A stretch of DNA of 64,000 nt, from assembly GCA_963692865.2 (NCBI GenBank), contig OY843592.1, positions 2,496,001 through 2,560,000 of the forward strand. The letters are read 5' to 3'. Origin of the DNA: a bacterium (lineage in GTDB: Bacteria; UBA8248). How positions within the stretch are numbered: the first letter of the stretch is position 1; each line of letters opens with the position of its first letter. Positions 21,264 through 31,350 of the stretch are shown here, piece after piece. The notes beneath the pieces were generated by a model that had not been told where the DNA came from, made no database searches, and saw only the letters and a program-made list of their open reading frames with translations. The translations under genes and the position numbers were made by a program.

Positions 21264-22952
21264 TTGGAAAACAGAAATCTTTACTTGTTCATCGCCTCCG
21301 CCGTCTTGTTGCTGATCGGTATCTCCGGCTGGGCCGGCCATGACCAGTTTTCCGACCCTCCCCGATGGGCGTACGCCACTATTGCCCTGGGGATAGTTTG
21401 TTTCGGGTACACGGTTTGGATTTCGCGGCGCGAACTTCAAGGCGGCATCCGGCTCCGCTCCACCCGAACGGGCATACAGGTTGCGCTCATGATCGTTGTG
21501 GTGACTGCAATTTTGGTCGTCGTTGAACTCGTGAGCGTAAAGCACTTCAAGCGCTGGGACGTCACTCCGGGAAATTTCTACAGCTTATCCGCGAAAACCA
21601 TGAATCTGCTGAACAAACTCGACAGAGAAAAAAAGCGGATCGAAATCATTGCATTTACCCGCAAGCTCGAAGAACCTGCGATAACGGAAATTTTAGAGCA
21701 ATATACCCGGGCGTCGACACAGGTAACGTTCCGCTTTCTGAACCTGGACGCCTCCCCACGCACCGCTAAAAAATACGACGTAGACGCCTATGGCACATTA
21801 GTCGTGATTCACCATTCCGGCAAAGAGGAAATCGAGAGGCAAAGAAAATCGAATTCCACGAACCAAGAGAAGAAGCCGACTTTCCGATCGGAAAAGATAT
21901 TCGAGCTTTCGGAAAACGCGATCGCCAATGCGATACTGAAAACCATCCAAACCGAGCAAAAGCGCGTATATTACCTCACTGGCCACGGTGAACGGCTCTT
22001 CACAGGGCAAGGGCGCGAAGCGATGCGGGCGCTGGCCATCGGCATGAGGGATGACAACTACCTGGTGGAAGAACTTTTGCTTCTGAGAAAAAAGGGCGTG
22101 CCTGAAAATACCAGCATGTTGATTATTGCGGCCCCCCAAAAAGAACTGGAAGAAATTGAAATCAAGTATATTGACGATTACATAAGATCCGGCGGAAGAC
22201 TTCTCGTTTTCCTGGAGCCCGACACAAAACCGGGGCGTCTCACAGCGCTCCTGGAGAGATATGGCTTCAAAATTCCTCAATCTTTCGTCGTCGATCCCGA
22301 ATCCGTTCGCTTTGAGTTGGCGGGCGGAAATATCATCACGCCGTTTGCCGTTAACTACGGACTGCACGACATCACCAAGCAATTACAGGGTTTGGCGACG
22401 GTGTTTCCTACGGTAAGGAAGGTATCAGCCAAGGGCATGCCCAAGGCGGGGCTGCATTCCGAAGAATTGGTCAAAACGGGCGCCGGAAGCTTTACCGTCG
22501 AGAGCGTGTCGCTTCAGAACGGACAACTCACCTTCGATCCGAAAACCAAAAAAGACGGCCCGATCCCAATCGGCGCCGCCGTCACCGTCACGCTGGATCT
22601 GTACAAGCTCGCACAAGGGCAAGGCGCTCAGGATGACGCGAAAAAGTCCGGATCCCGAAAGAGTGCAAACGGAAAAAACGAGGCGCGGATTGTCGTGTTT
22701 GGGGACGCCGATTTTGCGAGTGATGCTTTCATCGGTTCACAAGGCAATGGGAATCTCGTCTTGAACACCATTAACTGGCTCGGCGGTGAAAAAGACCTGA
22801 TTACCATTCGACCCAAGAGCCGTACGGGCGAACCTCTCGTTCTGGCCGGTGGAGAGGGCCGGTTCGTTCATTTGTTTACGGTCTGGATCATGCCCTTGTT
22901 CATCATACTTATCGGAGCCGCCGTCTACGTTCGGAGAAGGCAACTGCGGTGA
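21264..22952 (+). CDS. GldG family ABC auxiliary membrane protein
   Basis: R.D.T....YSLS..T, YYLTGHGE, GGRLLVFL, VVFGDADF, GN.NL.LN.INWL, C-terminal TM. Confidence 0.88.
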   Translation: MENRNLYLFIASAVLLLIGISGWAGHDQFSDPPRWAYATIALGIVCFGYTVWISRRELQGGIRLRSTRTGIQVALMIVVVTAILVVVELVSVKHFKRWDVTPGNFYSLSAKTMNLLNKLDREKKRIEIIAFTRKLEEPAITEILEQYTRASTQVTFRFLNLDASPRTAKKYDVDAYGTLVVIHHSGKEEIERQRKSNSTNQEKKPTFRSEKIFELSENAIANAILKTIQTEQKRVYYLTGHGERLFTGQGREAMRALAIGMRDDNYLVEELLLLRKKGVPENTSMLIIAAPQKELEEIEIKYIDDYIRSGGRLLVFLEPDTKPGRLTALLERYGFKIPQSFVVDPESVRFELAGGNIITPFAVNYGLHDITKQLQGLATVFPTVRKVSAKGMPKAGLHSEELVKTGAGSFTVESVSLQNGQLTFDPKTKKDGPIPIGAAVTVTLDLYKLAQGQGAQDDAKKSGSRKSANGKNEARIVVFGDADFASDAFIGSQGNGNLVLNTINWLGGEKDLITIRPKSRTGEPLVLAGGEGRFVHLFTVWIMPLFIILIGAAVYVRRRQLR

Positions 22953-24811
22953 ACCCCCGGAAGAATCTCATATTACTGCTCGTCTTGCTGGTCATCGGGG
23001 GGGCGTATTACGTCTATGACGTGAAATGGGCCGCCGAGAAGAAGACCGCCGAGGAACGGAAGGTCAAACTCCTGAAAGGCATTGACCAAAAAGCGCTGAT
23101 AAGAATTGACCTATCGAGGAAAGAGGAACCCTACGAGATTATCCGTACGGAGAAAGGGTGGCGTTTCGTGAAACCCATCGACGCCGTTGTCGATGCCGAT
23201 GAGGCGGAGAAACTCCTGGAAGCGGCGACGAAACTCCGGGAACGCGTCCGAATTGGAGACGTGAAAGACAGGGCGGAGTTCGGTATGGACAAGCCCGGGA
23301 TGAAAATTGTTTTTGGGCTGAAAGACAAGGACGACGTTTCCGTCGAAATCGGCGATAGAACTCCCACGCGTGAATTTCGATATGCGGCCTTGGCGAAGAC
23401 TCCCGGAATATTCACCCTCCAGCTTTCCGACATCGCCAAATTCGACAAGACGGTATTCAGCATTCGGGACAGGTCGATTGTTCCCGTTCTGCCCGAGAGC
23501 GCCAATAAGGTGGTCGTGGAACCTGATGATGGCAACGGCTTCACCGTAGTTCGCAAAGGCAAGAACGAATGGGCGCTGACGAAACCCCTTCAGGACAGGG
23601 CCGACGCCATCGATTCCGAGGGTATCGTATCCACCCTGAAATGGGACAAAGCGCAAAAATTCGTTGAAGAAAAACCCGAGAACCTCTCGCCCTACGGGCT
23701 GGATAAACCCCAATTGACGGTGCGCATCTTTACCGGAGACGATCAAAAACCCGAGGACGGCGTTATCCTCGGCGACAGAAAAGTAGGACCGCCCGACCCG
23801 AGAAGCGCCGAGAAGAAGCCGAAGGTTTACCGCTACGCCAGGAGACTATCCGGCGGCCCCGTGATGCTTATCAATGAGAAGACGTTCAAGGATTTACCCA
23901 AATCCGTATTCTCCTTGAGGCACAAGACCGTCATCGACTATGACGTCGACCATATCAAGCGCATCCTGATCGAGTCGAAATCCCGGAAACTCGACGTCGT
24001 CCGAAAGGCGAAAAAGGAGTGGGAACTCCACGTCGCGACGCCCGACGGGAAGCGGGAAAAACTCCTTGGCCGCCACAAGCACGTGGACGACCTCATGTGG
24101 GACATCAAGTGGATCAATTCGATTGCCTACGTGGATGACCCGGGCGATGATTTGTCGAAATACGGCCTTGAGCGGCCGGACGGCAAGGGCGCGCCGCTTC
24201 GCTACACCCTCTGGCTGAAGAAGAAAGAAGACGCGCCTCTGGAGGATAAGTCTTTGATTATCGGGCGCTTCGTGGAGAAGGAGAAGAGGGCCTATGGCCG
24301 AGTCGAGGGCGAAAAACGCCTGTTCGCCGTAAAGAAAGAAGATTATGACAAGATCACGAAAACGCCCTATTTCCTGAGCGAGCGGCGCTTGCTCCTTTAC
24401 GCGAAAGATGCTGAAATTACGGAAGTTACGGCGCGTTTTCCGAATCAATCCTCCATGAAGCTGGAGCGTTTCGGCGGCGGATGGCGTTTCCTCTCCCCGG
24501 AGGGCAGGGAGGCCGAACCCGGCAACGTGGAAGACCTCGTCGGCGCGCTCCGCGATTTCGAGCGGGAAGGGGAGGCCAAGCCCGGCGAAGCGCCTGATTT
24601 CAAAGACTTTATCGTAGAGCTCTCGGGCAGGGACATCCGCCACGGAGAGTGGGGGCCGTTCCGTTTCGCCGGCAAGGAAGGCTCGGAATTCATCTACGTG
24701 CGCGAGGGCGGGAAGGTCCACCGCATCACCAAGAAATGGAATGAAGACAAGCTGCCCAAGTCATTGAAAGACTGGGAAAAAGAAGAACAAAAAGAAGAAG
24801 GTTCCACATAG
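22949..24811 (+). CDS. DUF4340 repeat membrane-anchored protein
   Basis: N-terminal TM; repeated W....P...AD and (F/Y)G(M/L)(D/E)(K/R)P modules; usual fourth gene of gldAFG-like operons. Confidence 0.8.
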   Translation: MNPRKNLILLLVLLVIGGAYYVYDVKWAAEKKTAEERKVKLLKGIDQKALIRIDLSRKEEPYEIIRTEKGWRFVKPIDAVVDADEAEKLLEAATKLRERVRIGDVKDRAEFGMDKPGMKIVFGLKDKDDVSVEIGDRTPTREFRYAALAKTPGIFTLQLSDIAKFDKTVFSIRDRSIVPVLPESANKVVVEPDDGNGFTVVRKGKNEWALTKPLQDRADAIDSEGIVSTLKWDKAQKFVEEKPENLSPYGLDKPQLTVRIFTGDDQKPEDGVILGDRKVGPPDPRSAEKKPKVYRYARRLSGGPVMLINEKTFKDLPKSVFSLRHKTVIDYDVDHIKRILIESKSRKLDVVRKAKKEWELHVATPDGKREKLLGRHKHVDDLMWDIKWINSIAYVDDPGDDLSKYGLERPDGKGAPLRYTLWLKKKEDAPLEDKSLIIGRFVEKEKRAYGRVEGEKRLFAVKKEDYDKITKTPYFLSERRLLLYAKDAEITEVTARFPNQSSMKLERFGGGWRFLSPEGREAEPGNVEDLVGALRDFEREGEAKPGEAPDFKDFIVELSGRDIRHGEWGPFRFAGKEGSEFIYVREGGKVHRITKKWNEDKLPKSLKDWEKEEQKEEGST

Positions 24812-24880
24812 GATTCAGATCTCGCCCCACCCGGCTCGGCTCTTTTTCTTGAGGCCGCCCGCCCGGGTGATTTTCACCCC

Positions 24881-25110
24881 CGCAACTCCCCGCAAATCCG
24901 CGCATTTGCCGTTATCGAGAGAGTCGCGAACCATGGCAGAATTCCCCTGCGCTCGGGTGTGGCGGCGGAGTCCGGTCGGCTGGACTGGTTTTCGCGGGCG
25001 CATCTGCCCGCATTTGCGCGCATTTCCCCTCGTTAATTTATCGAAAAACCCCGTGAATTTATCTGATTTTATCCAAATTTATCGAATTGTTTTCGGGAAT
25101 TTATCGAAAA
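24881..25110. repeat. Helically phased short-motif arrays (10-11-bp period)
   Basis: CGCA at 24881/24891/24901; CGCAT at 24999/25009/25019; TTTATC at 25037/25058/25068/25078/25100. Confidence 0.65.
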
Positions 25111-25495
25111 CAAGTTGTCCTGCCGGGAGGATCTCGCTCGAATCGGCCGCGACAATTCCAGCTGAATGCGAGGCCCGGAAAATGCGGCATCGGGAGCGGG
25201 ACCTCCATCTCTGCCGGGCGCCTCATCCCCGATAAGCGAGTGGAAGGAGTCGCTCAATCCCCGAAGGAGGGAGAACGCCATCCAGCGCGCGAACGGACGC
25301 TCCTGGCGAGCGGTTCGCGCCGCGTCCGCTGCCTCATTTCCCATTCGAGCAGGACGCCCCCGCAAAAACTCATGCCTGTTCACCCGGTTCCGGCGAGGGC
25401 GATAAGCGCTGATTTGGACGGAAGGCATAGAGCGCGGCGCATGGCCAAGCGCAGGCGCCCCGCATCGATTCTCCAGGCGATACTCTCAAGACGCA

Positions 25496-26896
25496 TCAAA
25501 ACGACTCGAACGTGGGCGACTTGCTCCAGCCGCCGCTTTCCTCCTCCAGGGCGTGGGCGATTCTGTAGAGCGCGGCTTCGCTGAAATCAGGGCCGACGAA
25601 CTGCGCCGCAAGCGGCAGCTCCTCTTTGGAAAAACCACAGGGCAGGGATATGGCGGGCGCGCCCAGGGTGTTGACCCAGCGCGTGAAGCGCGTGAGGGAG
25701 GCGATCAGCCCCTCGGCTTCCGAGCGCGCCTGTGCGTGTGAGGGCGCGGGAGTGGGCGTCGTCGGACCCGCCAGAACGTCCACGGCGGAGAACACCTCGC
25801 GCTCGTAATGACGAATCAACCCCTCGCGCCTGGCGAGCGCTGCGCGATATTCGGCCGAATGAATCCCGCGCCCGGCTTCCAGGCGCGCCAGAATTTCCGG
25901 CGTCACCCGATCCGCGTATCTTTCCAGACGCTCGCCGTGCAGCATGAGCGCCTCGTATTTGAAGATCGTATTGGCGAGAAGTTCCAGTTCCTCGACGTGG
26001 GGAGGCGTCATCGGAACCAGTCGCGCGCCCAGCCGCTCCAGCGCCTCGCACACCTCCGCATAAGCCGCTTTCATCTCCTCGGAAACGCCGCCGAGTTGCG
26101 AACCCTCCACAACCCCCACGCGAACGCCCCCGATGCCTTTCTCCAGGGTTTGAATGTAATCGGGCACGGGTTGTTTGCTCGATCTCGCATCGAGAGGGTC
26201 TGCCCCCGCGACGGCGGAGAGCACAAGCGCGTTGTCCGCCACCGTTCGGGTGAGCGGGCCGAAGGTGTCGAGCGTCCACGAGAGCGCCATCCCCCCATGC
26301 CGGCTCACGCGGCCGTTCGTGGGTTTGAGGCCCACGACGCCGCAGAACGCCGCCGGCAGCCGGATGGAGCCGCCCGTATCCGTGCCGATTGCGGCCAGCG
26401 CCAACCCCGCGGCCACCGCGCACCCCGACCCGCTGCTCGAACCGCCCGTAACGCGCCCCTGCTTCCAGGGGTTCTGCGGATCACCGAAATGCTTGTTGCG
26501 CCCCGTCGGTCCCATGGCGAGTTCCGCCATGTTGAGTTTGCCCATGTTGACGGCGCCGGCTTCATGAAGCCGCTTCCAGACGCTCGACGGCGCGTCCCGG
26601 GGCGGGTCGTCTTCGAACATCACGCTTCCGCAAGTCGTGGGAGTTCCCGGAATGTGGCAGAGGTCCTTGTAGGCCACGGGAACCCCGTCGAGCGGGCCGA
26701 TTTCGTTGCCGAAGCGGAACCTTCGTTCGGATTCGCGCGCCTCCCGGCGCATCTCTCTCTCGCTGACGTGAAGATACGCCCTCAGATGGAGGTTCCATTT
26801 TTTGATGCGGGCGAGGGCGTCATCGACGACTTCGACAGGCGAGACCTCACCGGCCCGGTAGGCGTCTCGAAGCGCCGTTATCGTCCAGTCACTCAT
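25496..26896 (-). CDS. Amidase signature family protein
   Basis: GPLDGVP..YKD, GGSSSGSG, GTDTGGSIR.PAA.CG.VGLKPT. Confidence 0.93.
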   Translation of the reverse strand: MSDWTITALRDAYRAGEVSPVEVVDDALARIKKWNLHLRAYLHVSEREMRREARESERRFRFGNEIGPLDGVPVAYKDLCHIPGTPTTCGSVMFEDDPPRDAPSSVWKRLHEAGAVNMGKLNMAELAMGPTGRNKHFGDPQNPWKQGRVTGGSSSGSGCAVAAGLALAAIGTDTGGSIRLPAAFCGVVGLKPTNGRVSRHGGMALSWTLDTFGPLTRTVADNALVLSAVAGADPLDARSSKQPVPDYIQTLEKGIGGVRVGVVEGSQLGGVSEEMKAAYAEVCEALERLGARLVPMTPPHVEELELLANTIFKYEALMLHGERLERYADRVTPEILARLEAGRGIHSAEYRAALARREGLIRHYEREVFSAVDVLAGPTTPTPAPSHAQARSEAEGLIASLTRFTRWVNTLGAPAISLPCGFSKEELPLAAQFVGPDFSEAALYRIAHALEEESGGWSKSPTFESF

Positions 26897-26915
26897 CGGC
26901 GGGTTCCGGGAAAGA

Positions 26916-27183
26916 GGGGCCGTTGAAAAAGTCTCATAGAGGAAGCACGCTGAATTTCACTCCCCCCTTGAGGGTCGGGCATCCCGAGGGGAATGCCCGA
27001 TAACGAGGCAAGGGCGAAGCCCGCAGGCGAGTTGGTGGGGGGAGCTTTTTCTGTGGCATGTCCCCCCACCGAATCGGCCTTCGCCCAAGGGCTCGGCCTC
27101 TTCGACTCCCCCTCAAGGGGGGAGTGAAATTCAAAAGCGTGCGCGCGACCAAAATCGCTCTCCAAGACTTTTCCAACAACCCC
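26916..27183. mobile_element. Non-autonomous TIR element carrying a family-A long palindrome
   Basis: Ends GGGGCCGTTGAAAAAGTCT / AGACTTTTCCAACAACCCC; flanking direct repeat AAGA; internal 24-bp perfect IR 26951-27133. Confidence 0.7.
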
Positions 27184-27202
27184 AAGAGCGGGGCCGGATG
27201 CG

Positions 27203-27757
27203 TCATCCGCTTCCAGGGTAGCCCGGGGCCTGGAGGACGCGCGTCATCTGGTCCTGATGGAGAAAATCGTGCGTGCCCGAATAGACGATGCGATCGTAAA
27301 TATCGAGGTCGCCGTAGCGGAAATGCTCATGCGTGTAGCGGCTCATGTCGGCGCCGCGGTGCGGGAGTATCATCTGGTGAACCGCCTCCCTGTTGGGCAT
27401 GAGCCTGCCGATCATCTCGCGGAAATCGCCTTCGCCTTTCGGGATGAGGAAATCGGGCGCCGGAACGTGGCCTTGCTCCCTGCGCCTGAGCGCCTCCCGG
27501 CTCATCTTCTGCGGATTCTCAGGCGCCGTATCCCACGAACCGGACTCCTCCGCCTCGGCGAGCCTCTTCTCGATGAAGCGCGCGTAATAATTGTCCGTCA
27601 AGAGAATGTGCTCGAGATTCTGATGCAGGGACCATTCGCCGTCGGGAGGCCGCCAGTGCACGTGAGCGGGGTCGACCCCCTCCAGGAAGGAGATCAGGTT
27701 TCTCCTGTCTTTGAAAGCCGAGTCGAAGGCCTCGTCGAACATTTCTTCCGGAGTCAT
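27203..27757 (-). CDS. DinB superfamily protein
   Basis: RP..GEWS....LEH, H..YG.L, HD..H..Q histidine pattern. Confidence 0.85.
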   Translation of the reverse strand: MTPEEMFDEAFDSAFKDRRNLISFLEGVDPAHVHWRPPDGEWSLHQNLEHILLTDNYYARFIEKRLAEAEESGSWDTAPENPQKMSREALRRREQGHVPAPDFLIPKGEGDFREMIGRLMPNREAVHQMILPHRGADMSRYTHEHFRYGDLDIYDRIVYSGTHDFLHQDQMTRVLQAPGYPGSG

Positions 27758-27826
27758 TTTTCAGCTTCCTTCACATCGTGCCGGGTGAGGGGTTTCAAGC
27801 CTGATTGAAGGATTTACGAGCGGGTT

Positions 27827-28735
27827 TCAGGAATCCCTCCCGGCGCCGGGAGAGCGCACCTCGATGTCCAGCCATTCCTCCCACAGCTTGATGAGCGAGG
27901 CGTATTCTTCGGCCCCGTACCCTTTCTGAATCGCCATTTCGTATACGTGATGCGCAGCGCTTGCGATGAAGGTGGGAACGCGAAGTTCGCGTGCCAGTTC
28001 GAGGCACAGGTCGGAGTCTTTCGTCGCGAGGTCGGTCGTCATCCCCGGCGTGAACTCTCCCGGCAGGATGTGCTTTCTGAGCCTGTCCTCCACCTGGCGG
28101 CTGCGGCCCGAACTGACGGCGATGACGTCGCACAACAAATCGGGGTCGCCCCCCGCCGCGACGCCCAGGGCCATGGCCTCGGTCAACGCCGCGAGGTTCA
28201 CGTGCGAGAGCATGTTGTTTACGACCTTGAACAGCATGCCCATGCCGGATGCGCCGCAATGGAAGATGTTTTTTCCGAAATGCGAGAGCAGGGGCTTGAG
28301 CCTCTCGAACCCCGCCTCGCCGCCGCCCACCATCAGCGTGAGTGTGCCCGCATGCGCCCCCTGCACGCCTCCGCTTACGGCGGCGTCCATCAACTCGGCC
28401 CCTTGCGCTTTGACTAGGGGGGCCAGTTCCTGGATGAGGGAGGGGGAGACGGTGCTCGTCTCCGCCAGGAGCGCGCCGTCGCGCGCGCCCGCCAGAATTC
28501 CCTCCTCGCCCAGAATCACTTCGCGCGATATGTTCGGGTGCGGCAAAGACGTGAAAATAACCTCCGAGCGGGAGGCCACATCCGCCGGGTTGCGTCCTGC
28601 GCGCGCGCCCTTGTTCTCGGCCGCCAGAGTGGCTTCCTCTCGAACGTCGTAAGCCGTTACTTCATGACCGGCGCGAATGAGATGGGCGCAAATCTCGCTT
28701 CCCATCCTTCCCAGGCCGATGAAACCAAGCTCCAC
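27827..28735 (-). CDS. 3-hydroxyisobutyrate dehydrogenase / tartronate semialdehyde reductase family protein
   Basis: GFIGLGRMG, DAAVSGG...A..GTLT.MVGG, KVVNN, KD. Confidence 0.9.
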   Translation of the reverse strand: MELGFIGLGRMGSEICAHLIRAGHEVTAYDVREEATLAAENKGARAGRNPADVASRSEVIFTSLPHPNISREVILGEEGILAGARDGALLAETSTVSPSLIQELAPLVKAQGAELMDAAVSGGVQGAHAGTLTLMVGGGEAGFERLKPLLSHFGKNIFHCGASGMGMLFKVVNNMLSHVNLAALTEAMALGVAAGGDPDLLCDVIAVSSGRSRQVEDRLRKHILPGEFTPGMTTDLATKDSDLCLELARELRVPTFIASAAHHVYEMAIQKGYGAEEYASLIKLWEEWLDIEVRSPGAGRDS

Positions 28736-28787
28736 CTCTCGCCTCCTTGCCGGATGCGCCGTCTGCTCATCGTAAACGAATATAAAA

Positions 28788-28864
<77 letters not shown>

Positions 28865-28975
28865 ACCGAAAGAAAGGTTCCGCGCAAAAGGCCCGTGCGG
28901 GTGGGCCGGACCGCGCCGGGTTCTCGGCGAAAGAAATATCTCAGGCTATTTAGTAAGGCTTAAGCGTTGCTTTCG

Positions 28976-29662
28976 TCAAGGGCTTCGCGTCATCAAGGCC
29001 GGGGAAATGTATTTGTCTCGGAAACGGCGCTTTGAGGAAGAAGGGGAAATTCCGGGAAGGGGAGGAGGGGAGAAGAATTTGGGAGCCCGTGGGGCGCCGC
29101 GGTATATCGTGGTGACCCGGTGGCCTCCCGTTCTTGAAACCGTGGTGCGCGTCATCTCGCGCAACGGGACAACCTGTCCGCCGACCAGCAGACGCATTCG
29201 CCCTTTTTTGAGAATCACGGTGGTGAAGTGGCTGTAGGCTTTCAGGGCGAATTCCACTCCCTTGCCGCGCAACATTCCCGCAGGTGTTGTAATGCTCAAG
29301 CTCAGGTCGCATGTAGCCTGAGCGCACTTCACTGCGCCCCTGTTGAGTTTCGCCGTATACGCGCCGCCCCGCTTCATGCCGATGAACTCGAAGGAAGTAT
29401 TCGGCTCCACCACGAGCCGGCAACCCGGACGCCGCCGGAAATGGATGAGCGCACGCGAACTGGCGCTCGTGACGATGTGATCGCCCGGGAGCATCGAGCG
29501 TTTGCCTCTCAGGGAAACTTTTTTTCCGCGCGAGAAAACGATGTGTGGCTGACCGGATATGGCTCTCATTTCGACGAGGAATTCGTTTTCCGCGGCAGCG
29601 GATGAAACCACGCACAGGGGAAACAGATGCACCCCAAGAATCAATATCTTGAGCCAAGTCAT
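28976..29662 (-). CDS. FecR-domain exported protein
   Basis: Signal peptide; L.PGD.I.T...SRA, V.PNT, L.RG.V, I.TPAG...GKG.EF; Pro-rich tail. Confidence 0.65.
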   Translation of the reverse strand: MTWLKILILGVHLFPLCVVSSAAAENEFLVEMRAISGQPHIVFSRGKKVSLRGKRSMLPGDHIVTSASSRALIHFRRRPGCRLVVEPNTSFEFIGMKRGGAYTAKLNRGAVKCAQATCDLSLSITTPAGMLRGKGVEFALKAYSHFTTVILKKGRMRLLVGGQVVPLREMTRTTVSRTGGHRVTTIYRGAPRAPKFFSPPPLPGISPSSSKRRFRDKYISPALMTRSP

Positions 29663-29941
29663 GTCATCCCCGTGGAGAAGCGGCTAAGCGGCAGACCTCT
29701 CGGAATTATGTAAAGGATTTTTCAGGGATTTGCAAGTTCCCTAACTACCGGAAATATAATCCCGTCCCGAACTTCGGGCGATAGGGGTTGTCGGAAAATC
29801 CCTCTCCGCCTCATCCTGAGTAGCGGCGAAGCCGCGTATCGAAGGTCAATCGCGACCAATGCGGGAGCGATTGCCAGCAAGAAGGGGAGCGCTCCCCTCG
29901 ACAGACTCGGGCAAGCCCTTCGATACAAACGCTCCTTTCTC

Positions 29942-30173
29942 GGGGTTGTTGAAAAGTCCTTGCAGGTCAGTCGGTAATCCCGCCGTAGGTCAGACATATA
30001 TGTCTGACATATCATGCGGCCCTTTTCCGGAGAGGCGAAAAGGCTGGGCCGCATGATATGCGACCCCTGCAATCGAGATTACGCGCCGGAATGACGATCA
30101 AAACCGTCGAACCCTCCCTCCCCGGTCGGCTGCATTCGCCGAGTCGCGAAATCAGGTGTTTTTCAACATCCCT
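29942..30173. mobile_element. Inner TIR element inserted in a hairpin loop
   Basis: GGGGTTGTTGAAAA...TTTTCAACATCCCT, exact direct repeat TTCTC on both sides; cargo is a GTAG REP doublet. Confidence 0.75.
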
Positions 30174-30386
30174 TTCTCCGTCGCGTTTGACCTTCGGCGG
30201 CTACTCAGGGTGAGGGAAGAGGCGTCGTCGGTCTGGAGGGGTCGCAGACCAGGGTGTCGCTTTTACCCCCTTGACAGGGGGTAAAGGCAGCGCGCTCTCA
30301 CAAGGGGAGGGTGGAAGAAAAGCCCCCCTGACAAGGGGGGTTGGGGGGTTCGATGGGGGATAGAGGCGATTCCCCGTCCGGGCCGC

Positions 30387-30685
30387 TTACCTGGTTCGCT
30401 CGATGAGCGCGCGCAGGGCCATGCGGCTTTCCGCCTGCCGTCGATGAGTTCGCGCAGGGCGGTCATCGCCTCTGCATGCCTGCGTTCGGAGTCGATCATC
30501 GCTTTGTCGTGCTTGGCCATCGCCTCATCGTGCTTGCGCCGGGATTCGGCCATGGCTTCGTCGCGCTTGCGATTGGAGTCAGCGGCGCGCATGTCGGCGC
30601 CCCTGGCCATCTCGCGGAAGCCGTAGTAGATGAGCGCGAGGCCGCCGTAGGAGGCGATGAGGTTGAGGCGTTCGTACGCCGTCAT
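30387..30685 (-). pseudogene. Small membrane-anchored coiled-coil repeat protein with apparent 1-nt frameshift
   Basis: MTAYERLNLIASYGGLALIYYG, then (R/H)DEAMA-type repeats; 299 nt; adding 1 nt near 30438 yields ...ALRELIDGQAESRMALRALIERTR*. Confidence 0.55.
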
Positions 30686-30776
30686 GCGTATCTTCCCGGA
30701 GTCGGGTCGATCAGAATCCTCGCGTGCGTCAGCTACTGTAAAAAAGAAGCCGCCCTTCGCCAAACTCGACCGGGGA

Positions 30777-31306
30777 GGGGTTGTTGAAAAAGTTCCCCAA
30801 AAGGGTTGCTGACCCGCGCCAATCGAGAGTGTTCATCGTCATTCCGGTGTCGGAGCCGACCGATGAGGCAGGGTTCGACGGAATCCAGAAATGTCCCACG
30901 TGGGACATTTCACCTTGTTTTTTCGACTTTGCTCTTTGCCTTTCCCCGCACAAGTGGTGAGAACATGAAATACCGAATCGCATTGAGCCTGATCGGCTCT
31001 GGATTCCGGCATACGCCGGAATGACGGTGGTTTATCTCGGTCGATGAGAAAAAGAGAGCGGGCGGGCCGCTGCTTCGGACAGGTCGCGACCTATCCTTAC
31101 GGTTCCTTGATGGAATTTCACCCGTAGGGGCGGACCTGTGTGTCCGCCCCGTCTGTTGCCTCTCTCTTGTGCGCAATAGTTTCGGTCAACGATTGTATCT
31201 GCGGGCTGCAAGGATGACCGCATTACATACCGGGTGATGGGCGGACACACAGGTCCGCCCCTACGAAACCACTAACCTTTGAAATCGGGGGTTTTTCAAC
31301 AGTCCC
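30777..31306. mobile_element. TIR element carrying CGTC- and GTAG-type REP doublets
   Basis: GGGGTTGTTGAAAA...TTTTCAACAGTCCC; flanks GGGGA/GCGGA; perfect 26-bp inverted GTAG pair 31124-31149 / 31239-31264. Confidence 0.7.
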
Positions 31307-31350
31307 GCGGAGGGAGCGTTCGCTGCCCCGGCGAGGGTTTTTCGACAAGC

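Noticed and set aside
25030-25110. oriC with DnaA boxes
   Set aside because: TTTATC motifs do not extend to TTATCCACA and no dnaA/dnaN/gidA context; kept only as a phased array
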